DNA of 20,000 nt from Amoeboaphelidium occidentale (Eukaryota). The translations under genes were made by a program, and so were the position numbers. The notes under the pieces are model-generated. The model ran no database searches. It saw only the letters and a program-made list of their open reading frames with translations, and was not told the DNA's origin. Positions within the stretch are counted from its first letter, which is position 1. Each line of letters opens with the position of its first letter. The stretch is taken from positions 58,633-78,632 of the forward strand of contig JALGPX010000045.1 of the NCBI GenBank assembly GCA_023515795.1, in the 5' to 3' direction. This document shows, in pieces, positions 10,091 through 18,600 of this stretch.

Positions 10091-13000
10091 ATGATGACGA
10101 TTTGGACTGGCGCGGCGCTAATTGCTCTGCTGCTGATAAACTACAGCTTCTTTCTATTGGGCGTTTTAGTTTTGATATCTTCCAAATATTTCTGGAAATG
10201 GCTGGCCTTTAACAATAACTTGGACCTGATAAATTCTAAAAGAGCGACTTTTCCTGTGGGACCGCCGATAATTCTGGATAAACCGAAAAGAAGCGAAACT
10301 TCCGGCATCCAGCAACTTACGGCTGACCCGAAGAAACGTGCCGAAGCTGAGGAACTGAAGGAGAATCTGAAGTCGTATTTGGCGCATTTCATTCAGCCGA
10401 TTTTGAAATCTGTCAAGGAAGTCATTTCCAACAAGTCTGCGGCGGTTGGCCTTTCGATGCAAGTTAACTTCCAATTCTTTGAGGACGTCGTACTGGACAA
10501 AGTTTCACAGAAAGTGCTAAACCTGCTGGATAGAGATTTGGAACTCACAAAAGTGTTTATCTTTCGATGCGCTTTCGCTATTCTCAGAGCTTTGAACATA
10601 CGCATGCAGAATTCCGGCGAGAAATGGAGACTCACTAACTACAGGCATCCGGCATTACAAAGCGCAGAAACAGAATTATCTTATCTTCGTGCTTTTGTTG
10701 AAGATGCGTGGCGAAAGTTGGGAAGTGATCCAGTTTTCAAAGATTACACAACCCCAAGCAAAATGCTGCACAGTCTTATGAAAGAAGCTTTTGTTAATCG
10801 TTTTGCGTATGTCTTGGTGGAGCAGGTGACTGATGCTGCTTGGATAAATGCTCAATTAGTTCGTAAAGCTAAACAGAAAATCCTAGAACATAGACTTGGC
10901 GAAATGTTGTATCAAGTTCTAATGGAAAACTCGGCAGGCTTTCCTCCTGTTGATTTTATTCATGAAAAAGGATGGAATGAAAGGAAAGTTGCTTCGATGG
11001 AAAAGCGAGCTGCATATTGTGATTCCTTGTTCAAACATGCAAAACGATGTCTTACTATGGTTGATGCAAAGAACGTTCGCTACTCATTGTTGCTTGAAAT
11101 CGAACACACTCAAAAGAATATGAATGCAAACCCTGAACGTCGTGAAACTTTAGAGAAGCAGCTGAAGACTCTTTTGATGACAAAGATGAGATACGAGAAG
11201 CGTATCATTTCACTAAGAATGGATCAGCATACTTCTCCGACTGCCTCGACATTAACAAGCCTGCAGACATCACCAGAGTTGGACAATTTTCACACAGACA
11301 TGGCATCAAAAGGATCTGTTCCGGTTTCAAAAGGAACAAAAAGGGATGGAAAAGTTTTGAAGAAAGTGTTTACAACTTCTTTAGAGTCAACACCTCACGC
11401 TGGACTCGTGATTGTTACTGATATGCATAATCAGTGGAAGGATCTTAGTAAATTGTTAATGGACTATCACGAAAGGAAGTCTGAGAACCTCTTTTACTTT
11501 CTGCAGTTCATGGAAAAGAGAGGATTTGAGCGCAGGGTTCAGTTTTGGCTTGAAGTTCAATACTTGAGAGAAATTATCGAAGAAAGAAAAGATTCTGAAG
11601 ATTTTGATAGTTTTGTAAAAGCAGAAGTTGAAAGATTGTTTCAGGCTTTCTGTAATTCTGAGTCTCTTTTGGCTATCTTACATCCTTCCACTCTGCTCGC
11701 ATTGAAAAAGTTCATTCAAGATGATTCTGAGACTGATTATTCATCGTTGTTTATCGCACAGAATGAAGTGTATTCAAGTATGGAAGCAGAAGACTTTCCT
11801 GAGTTTCTGAAGAGCGAATTTTATATTAGATGGCGAAGTGACATGGAGCGATTAACTTTAAATTCGCCTGTTGGCGAAGACTATGATAATCAGTCAAATG
11901 GAGCAACAAATGATCTTTTGTCAAGGAAAGGGAGCTTTGATGAATTGTCTCAGCCGAATACAAATGTTTCGAGATCGAATGATTTCGACTTTGCCAAGTC
12001 TGACTTGTTGGTGGTTGTGAAGAGGGCTTTAAAGAAAATCATGAAGACTGTGAGCAATGAGGATATCAACTCGCCAGCAACGCCAATGTTGACAAAACCT
12101 ACGAACGACATCAACTCTCCTTTAAATGCGTCAAGACTGTTCAGTTTAAAGACTCCGTTATCAGCGGCGTCATCACTTCTTGGAGACGAGTCTGCGTTTA
12201 AGTTTGCAAAGTTCTCTCACAGCAATCGAAGCAGTGTGTCTTTTAGCGGAGGAGAAACTCCATTGCTAAGCTCCAGAAGTGCCATGTCAGATCCCGGGTA
12301 TCTTATTGAAGCAGATGAAGATGAACTGTTACAAAGGATCCCTATACAAGATCGAATTGATAATATTCAAATGCAGCTATCTCTTGTAGAGTATCTCATG
12401 AAGCTGTACCCTAAATCAAAAGCTCGTGATGAAACCTGCTCTCATTTTGCTGTTTTAAGAAAAACTCGTGAGTATTTAAGAAGGGATTTGGGTGATTTGG
12501 TTGAAACAAAAATGTCAAGTGATCTGTTTACTGGAAGAAAAGAATTAGACGAGTATGTTTGGAGTGTGTTTCTAACACCATCGGGTTCAAAGAGCAAAGA
12601 CAGTGTTTATTTCTTGGATGTTACAGTTTCTGACAATACCACAGGGCATACGAGAAGTTGGATTGTTCCAAGAAGATTTGATGAATTCCAAGTCTTGCAT
12701 AATCAGTTGAAGGACAAGTTTCCAGAAGTATCAGATTTCTCAGGGAAGCTCTTCACGAATCGAATTAACTGGCATCGATCCAAAGATGATATGATGAAAG
12801 AACGAAATTCTGCCCTTGCTCGTTACTTGCAGCTACTGGTTGAGAATTCGTCAATAAGCAAGTCAGAGCTTTTGAGAAAGTTTTTGGCTGATGATTCTCC
12901 TTTCTCTCGAAAATCTCAACAATTCAAACTTAACAAAGACCCGTTGAATGACAAGATGTTGTTCAAGATCACCGATAGTTCTACTTCTCCTGTGAATTAT

Positions 13001-14053
13001 CAGCCTTCAATTAGTTCAAGTTTGAAGTTATCAGCGTTGTTAGATGATGCAATCGCGACTAGCTCTCATTCTCATCATCAACCTTCTCACTCTTTGTCAG
13101 TTCTTTTCAAAACACAGACAAGAGCAACAAGCGATCACCCGTTGACTCCAGACTTAGAGGAAATTGGAAACGCACTAGATCGATCTGTTACTGCTAGTGA
13201 CGAAGAGTTGTTTTCTTATTCTGGACAATCAGCAGGCGAAGACCTTGATGAAAGTTTTAGAAAAGAACAAGGAAAGATGCAAAGTGTTTCTAAAAGACAT
13301 CCTTTGATTCCAAGGGTCTCCAGTCCGGGACCTGACAATCAATCTAATTCAACCAGCTTTATCAATGCTTCTGTTGCGGCACTTAAAGAAGAATCGTATG
13401 GCGATTCATGGACCTATTTATCTCAGCCGTTAGCAAATATTTTGCTTTCAATGTTTAATTTTCAAGAGAAAACTCAATTGTTAAGAGAGTCTGCTTCTTT
13501 GATTTTGCTGAAGCAAGGACTTTTCGGTCGGCAAGACCAGGGAGGCGTAGACAAGAAAATCGAAGAGTACCTTTACTCGTCTCTGGATATTGGCGCAGTA
13601 TCTCGTTATATACAGGATTTAAAGAATGTTACCGTCTCAGCAGAAGAATACATGATAAAGAACAAAGTCAAGAAACTGAAATCTGATTTAATCGAAGAAC
13701 CACTAAAAGAAACCCCCTCAACAAAGTCTCCGCTGTCTTTGTCAGATAGGGAACCTCTGTGGAAACCATCTCAGCTTTCCAAATCAATGCCGCACAAATA
13801 TCATGCTTTCAAGAAGTTAGCAATTAATACCAACGAAGACGGATCAAACCAGATGATAGAAACTGAACTTCTGAAGGAAGAAGCTCTAAAATCTTTCATT
13901 CAGCTGATCCCTTTACCTTTCAAAAGAATTCTTGGAGAGCATGAAGCGATTCTTGGATGTTCAAAGCTTTTTGAGTTATTCCAAAACAAGGCTGATAACA
14001 AGTCGCTTATTTTCGTTATTCTGGATGAACTAAGACGAGAATTCGACTTCTGA
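10091..14053 (+). CDS. PXA-RGS-PX-Nexin_C sorting nexin (SNX13/14/25, fungal Mdm1 family), ~1,320 aa
   Basis: N-terminal hydrophobic hairpin; PXA (HPALQSAETELSYLR...WIN); RGS (YFLQFMEKRG...VQFWLEV...DFPEFLKSEFY); PX (WIVPRRFDEFQVLHNQLKDKFP...LARYLQLL); Nexin_C end (LFELFQNKADNKSLIFVILDEL). First ATG at 10091; the ORF track uses TTG 10049. Confidence 0.88.
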   Translation: MMTIWTGAALIALLLINYSFFLLGVLVLISSKYFWKWLAFNNNLDLINSKRATFPVGPPIILDKPKRSETSGIQQLTADPKKRAEAEELKENLKSYLAHFIQPILKSVKEVISNKSAAVGLSMQVNFQFFEDVVLDKVSQKVLNLLDRDLELTKVFIFRCAFAILRALNIRMQNSGEKWRLTNYRHPALQSAETELSYLRAFVEDAWRKLGSDPVFKDYTTPSKMLHSLMKEAFVNRFAYVLVEQVTDAAWINAQLVRKAKQKILEHRLGEMLYQVLMENSAGFPPVDFIHEKGWNERKVASMEKRAAYCDSLFKHAKRCLTMVDAKNVRYSLLLEIEHTQKNMNANPERRETLEKQLKTLLMTKMRYEKRIISLRMDQHTSPTASTLTSLQTSPELDNFHTDMASKGSVPVSKGTKRDGKVLKKVFTTSLESTPHAGLVIVTDMHNQWKDLSKLLMDYHERKSENLFYFLQFMEKRGFERRVQFWLEVQYLREIIEERKDSEDFDSFVKAEVERLFQAFCNSESLLAILHPSTLLALKKFIQDDSETDYSSLFIAQNEVYSSMEAEDFPEFLKSEFYIRWRSDMERLTLNSPVGEDYDNQSNGATNDLLSRKGSFDELSQPNTNVSRSNDFDFAKSDLLVVVKRALKKIMKTVSNEDINSPATPMLTKPTNDINSPLNASRLFSLKTPLSAASSLLGDESAFKFAKFSHSNRSSVSFSGGETPLLSSRSAMSDPGYLIEADEDELLQRIPIQDRIDNIQMQLSLVEYLMKLYPKSKARDETCSHFAVLRKTREYLRRDLGDLVETKMSSDLFTGRKELDEYVWSVFLTPSGSKSKDSVYFLDVTVSDNTTGHTRSWIVPRRFDEFQVLHNQLKDKFPEVSDFSGKLFTNRINWHRSKDDMMKERNSALARYLQLLVENSSISKSELLRKFLADDSPFSRKSQQFKLNKDPLNDKMLFKITDSSTSPVNYQPSISSSLKLSALLDDAIATSSHSHHQPSHSLSVLFKTQTRATSDHPLTPDLEEIGNALDRSVTASDEELFSYSGQSAGEDLDESFRKEQGKMQSVSKRHPLIPRVSSPGPDNQSNSTSFINASVAALKEESYGDSWTYLSQPLANILLSMFNFQEKTQLLRESASLILLKQGLFGRQDQGGVDKKIEEYLYSSLDIGAVSRYIQDLKNVTVSAEEYMIKNKVKKLKSDLIEEPLKETPSTKSPLSLSDREPLWKPSQLSKSMPHKYHAFKKLAINTNEDGSNQMIETELLKEEALKSFIQLIPLPFKRILGEHEAILGCSKLFELFQNKADNKSLIFVILDELRREFDF

Positions 14054-14132
14054 GCCAATAGATGCACTCTTTATTTTGTGGATAAATAGAGCTGCGTCTT
14101 TTATGCAGCGGTCATTGATTTTTCGGCTCAGA
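14049..14132. repeat. Multi-stem inverted repeat (candidate structured RNA)
   Basis: Perfect 8-bp arms TCTGAGCC (14049-14056) and GGCTCAGA (14125-14132) enclose two hairpins: CTCTTTATTT/GATAAATAGAG (14067-14091, imperfect) and GCTGCGT-CTTTT-ATGCAGC (14091-14109). Confidence 0.7.
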
Positions 14133-14137
14133 CTTGC

Positions 14138-14762
14138 CTATTGAAACTGGGGGTAACTTTCTCCTGTTAAAAAGTGATAAATTGCGATATAAGCCATGTA
14201 ACGAGCCGCTGTAACATCATTCTTAACAACGAGATTCTACCTAGTTGAGGTCTTGTAGTCTTTGTACTTCCAAAATTCTAGTTCCTTCATTCTCGGACGT
14301 TATCAAGAGGATAAGAGCATATTGGAGTATTTTTCATAAAGCCGTTGATGCTTCCTCTTTACCAACTCTTCCTTCAACTTGATCACATCCGGTTTCATTT
14401 TCTCTGTCAGTATCACTTTACCATGAACTTCATAAATCTTGTTCGGTTTGAGTTTCGAATCACTCTCAGCGTGAAGTCAACGCTTTTGTGAGTTCAAACA
14501 ACATCCAAGACACACTGAACATTGATCATGAGTTAATTTGAATCCACGAAACCTAAGCTCATAGATCTTATCCCGCTACAGGGCGCGAATTTAAAATTTA
14601 ACCTCTGTGATTATAATATCTTTCTCCAAGAGTCAGAGGGCGATGGAATCTGATACGGTGTTTCATGATCACTTTTTGCGCCCATAAGTCTTTCAAATAT
14701 TCTACTTTGATTTGCCATTTGTGAACAGATAAATTTTGACTGAAAAGGAAATCTATTTCCAT
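14138..14762 (-). pseudogene. Decayed TnpB/Fanzor-like nuclease C-terminal remnant (putative)
   Basis: My translation of one minus-strand frame reads RDKIYELRFRGFKLTHDQCSVCLGCC...(4 internal stops)...NLVVKNDVTAARYMAYIAIYHFLTGESYPQFQ*. CSVC lies at 14521-14510 and KNDVTAARYM starts at 14224, resembling the TnpB/Fanzor TSxxCSxC and NRDxNAAxN (RuvC-III) motifs plus the GxxPxxF tail. An upstream frameshifted piece contains RFHRPLTLG. Motif recognition only. Confidence 0.5.
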
Positions 14763-15562
14763 TATATATCAGTTCGAACTTTGAATCCAGGTTTATGTGG
14801 TGTCTCCAAAAGTGAAGTAGGACCACCCTTTGGCTCGCAAGTTTTCCTGTTTGCAACCTGTGGGCCAACCTTTGGTGTTTTACCTGCTTTTAAGTCATCT
14901 AAAATCTTCTTTGCAGTCTCAGGCGTCAAATCCTCATAGTAGTCATCGTTAACACAAAACGTAGGAGCATTCACACAAGCACCAGCGCATTCCACTTCGA
15001 CCAAAGTGAACATTTTATCTTCAGTAGTTTCACCTACTTTGATACCCAAATGCTCTTCAACCGCTTTAACAATCTCACCGGAACCGCACAATTCACAGGG
15101 CGTAGTCGTGCAAACCTGAACAAAATACTTTCCAACAGGATCTCTGTTGTACATGGTATAGAATGTGGCCACTTCATAAACTCTCATGCGCTCCATCTCA
15201 AGAAAGTCAGCGACGTAGTTCATCACAGGCAAAGAGCACCAATTGTTGTTCTGTCGCTGAGCCAAATCAAGCAGAGGCATAACAGCAGCGTTTTTATATT
15301 GTGGAGGATAATTTGAGATTATTTCTTTTGCTTTCTTAAGATTCTCCTTATTGAATTCGAACTTGATGGACGCATTATTCTCAGGTGTGTCCCTGTGCTT
15401 TACATAAATGAAGAGTAAGGATTTCCCGCTAAGAAGACAAACACTTACGACATACGAGAAATGCGAATAACTGCGCTGTGGGAATGCTGAGAGGGTGGAG
15501 ATTCTTTTGACTGCGGTGGCAGGTTTAACCAAGCGAAATAGTGACAAGCGAGCAGCGATCAT
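14762..15562 (-). CDS. NDUFV2: NADH:ubiquinone oxidoreductase 24-kDa subunit (2Fe-2S), ~249 aa; exons 15562-15449 and 15397-14762
   Basis: [60 protein letters not shown]. The Arg-rich presequence [11 protein letters not shown] starts at ATG 15562; the upstream ORF extension is likely non-coding. Confidence 0.97.
   Translation of the reverse strand: MIAARLSLFRLVKPATAVKRISTLSAFPQRSYSHFSYVVSVCLLSGKSLLFIYVKHRDTPENNASIKFEFNKENLKKAKEIISNYPPQYKNAAVMPLLDLAQRQNNNWCSLPVMNYVADFLEMERMRVYEVATFYTMYNRDPVGKYFVQVCTTTPCELCGSGEIVKAVEEHLGIKVGETTEDKMFTLVEVECAGACVNAPTFCVNDDYYEDLTPETAKKILDDLKAGKTPKVGPQVANRKTCEPKGGPTSLLETPHKPGFKVRTDI
15398..15448 (-). other. In-frame 51-nt intron in NDUFV2
   Basis: GTAAGT...GTAAAG; removal changes [27 protein letters not shown] to SHFSYV|HRDT, matching the conserved xxVHRDT mature N-terminus. 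Confidence 0.8.
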
Positions 15563-15680
15563 GACGAAAGAAAAGCTACAGCACGGCAACAAATGCATCG
15601 AGTCTTTCAAACCCGCTTCATTCCACACGTAGCTGATGTATAAATAACCTCGGCATGATTGCTTCATTATATTTCCGTTC
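15563..15680. promoter_or_regulatory. Putative bidirectional promoter (118 nt) with TATAAATA at 15639-15646 on +
   Basis: Lies between the divergent ATGs of NDUFV2 (15562) and the receptor kinase (15681); canonical TATA box about 35 nt before the + strand ATG. Confidence 0.5.
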
Positions 15681-18600
15681 ATGCTTCAGAATATCATGGA
15701 ATTACTTCCCTTGATGAGATTGCTTGTGATGCTATTAGTTCTAGTGAGTATCTCTAGATCTCTGGATCACGAAAAGAGCTTTCTGGTTCAAGATGGTGCT
15801 TCTTACGTCTACTCGATCGCTCTTTACAAAGGATCACTGCTTCTGACAAGTTCAAACGATATTGTTCAGAAAGATATTGAAACTGGCGTTATTCTAAGAA
15901 CTTTCAGGGCACATACAAATCAAGTTTGGTCCTTCGTACTTACGAATGATTCCACAATGATATCATCTGGTTTTGATGATTTGGTGTATCTTTGGGATCT
16001 TGAAACTGGTGCAATACTCAAAAAGATTTGGCTAGGTTCTTCGAATACCCAAGTTCAAGGCCTTTCATATCAAGGCAATCAGGTATTTGCCGTTGGAAGA
16101 GACCGCAAAGTTAGACTCATTAACTTGGAAACCGGAAGAGTCACCAGAACTATCAGTAAGTCTTTGATTTATCCACAACTAATGAGATAAGATTTTGCTT
16201 TAGAGATGTTCTGTGTCGTTTCCGATGAAGATTATGTATATGTGTCTGGATCAACTGTTACCGAACAAGTCTTTAGGCTGCGCGCGTCGAACGGACAGCT
16301 TGACCGGTACTATGTTGGTCATGCAGCAGCTGTTACGGCACTGACTCTGGCTGAAGGATATCTGTTTGCTGGAGCAGGCGATGGACTGATTATTTATTGG
16401 AACCGTTCAGATGGTGCTGTTATTAATACCTTAAATGGACACACAGATTTCGTTTATGCACTGTATTGGCATGAGAGCTACCTCTACTCAGGCGATAAAA
16501 GTAGAGTTATAAACAAATGGAACATAGATGATGGTCAGTTGATTGAGAGGTTTCCATTGTTCCACCGTAATGCAGTAAGATGTATGGAATCTCAAGAAAA
16601 TACCTTTTTTACTGGATCCGAAGATAGCAGCGTAATAAGATGGAACCTGACTGAAAGCTCACGGTCTTTCACGTACACAGGGAACAGTAAAATTCAAAGA
16701 GGAATTGTATCATGGGGAAAGTTTATAATCAGCGGAGGGGATGATGGAGTGATAAGAATGTGGGACGCTTCTGTGAATAGCATCAATCCATTTGCATCTC
16801 TTTTTGGTCATAAAGTGTTTACATTATCTCTTCATGTTATGAATGATTTCCTATATTCTGGAAGTTCTGACACGGACATAAGAGAATGGGACCTTACAGA
16901 GCATATGACTACTAAAATACTAAAGGGTTAGAATATTTGGGAATAATAATTTTTTAGGACATGCAGGATCTGTGACTGAGATAACTTCATACAAATCACT
17001 TCTTTACTCTGGTTCTCACGATGCCCTTATCATTCAGTGGAATGTCTCTTTGGGTTCCACAGTCAATGTTTTCACAAAACACTTTAATGCTGTATTGTCT
17101 ATCCAGTTTGTCGAAGAGTTCATGTTTTCCGCTTCGTATGATCAGAATATTCATCAGTGGAACATTGAAACCAAGGATACAATCCAAACATACTTTAGTA
17201 AGTTTAATCTTTATGCTTTTTATTTCAAGCCGCTCAATCGTTGAACACAATATGCATAGTTGAAGATTCGATAATAGCTGGCGGTGGAGGATTTGTGCAA
17301 AGGTTTTTGGTATCAACCGGTGAAACTCTTGTTAACTTACAAAGTATCGTTTCATCTCGTAATGTTCAACTTATTTGTAGTCAGTGCGCCATGCTTTGCG
17401 ATTCTTTCCTTGGATATTCGCATTTTCAGTGGCCATCTAGATGGTTTGATAAGAGTGCGAGATTATTACACATTGGATGTATTGGAAACGTATCAAGGGC
17501 ATTCTGACTCTGTTTGGGAACTGTGTTTTGATAATTCCAAAGTTTTGTTTTCGGCAAGTGGAGATGGATCAGTAAAGAAGTGGAATATGGCTGCTCGAAA
17601 AGTTGCTTACTCTTTCGAAAACAGAAACAGTTCTGTAAAGTGCCTGGTTGCTATTGGAAACTCTCTTTTTGTAGGAACAATCAATGGGGCCATAACTTCA
17701 TACAACATTGACACCGGTTTTATGAAAAAAATTAGTTTTGCTCACAATAATGTTGTTTCGTCGCTCTTTATCGATAACAATTTTGTATTCTCCTCCGGAT
17801 TAGATGGCTTTCTCAAGCAGACCTCCTTGTTGAACTTTGGTGATGAATATCTCGCTCTGTACAATGCTGAAGAAAGCCCTTTGAAAAGCCTTGTTTTAAG
17901 TACGCGCGGATTCTTTGCATTAAGCGGTGATCTTGATATTATTGAAATTGCGTTAAACCAGTCTTCAAGAAGCTTAAAAAAGATCAGTTCTTTGGAACCA
18001 CTGAACACTCTTGCTTACGCTGATAACATGATTCTAGCTAGTACTAAGTCAGGTGCCATAATAGCCTGGGATACACAAACCCTTGCAAAAATTTTCGAGC
18101 TGAAGGGACACACATATCAGATTAATGCTATGCTTGTGAAAGACCATGTTTTATACTCTGCATCGGACGATAAGACAATCATCATATGGTCATTGCTGGA
18201 GAAAAGAATTATCAGGACTTTAAAAAGGACGTCTGCTAGCGCATTAGGTCACTTGGGCTCTGTGAATTCAATAACACTTTGCAATGGAATTTTATTCTCT
18301 GGCGGTTCTGATTTAACGACAAGACGCTGGGAAATCAAAACTGGACGACACGAAGATGTTTACTTTGGGTTAACCAAATCTGTGACTGCAGTTTTGTGTT
18401 ACAACGGTAGTGTGTTCTCTGGGAGTGAAGATTTTGCGGTTCTCATGTACAAACCGCAACTTCCAGAGGAGAAAAAGATTTCAACCACAGTTTATACTAG
18501 GACTGCATCAAAGTCAAAAACGTTGAAAATTGTAAGAAACACACGAAATACAGGTCTAAGTAGATCACAAAACCAAGATACGTTAATTATTATTGTTGCA

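Noticed and set aside
14085..14118. SECIS element (minus-strand ATGAC...AAAA hairpin)
   Set aside because: No GA on the 3' side to form the non-Watson-Crick quartet, stem too short, and no selenoprotein-like gene upstream.
14576..14602. 27-nt GT-AG intron that might rescue the 14138-14762 region as an intact gene
   Set aside because: Splicing leads to a TAA two codons later, and several further in-frame stops remain downstream.
14611..14868. 85-aa minus-strand ORF as an independent gene
   Set aside because: It starts inside NDUFV2 in another frame and has no recognisable motif; the Fanzor-like motifs lie in the other two frames.
15563..15682. 40-aa N-terminal extension of NDUFV2 in the ORF track
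   Set aside because: It overlaps the divergent promoter and the kinase ATG; a typical mitochondrial presequence begins at ATG 15562.
218..18008. Short antisense or alternate-frame ORFs inside the main genes (e.g. 4809-5186, 6789-7232, 7775-8185, 10166-10474, 17742-18008)
   Set aside because: Shadow ORFs of long coding sequences with no recognisable motifs.
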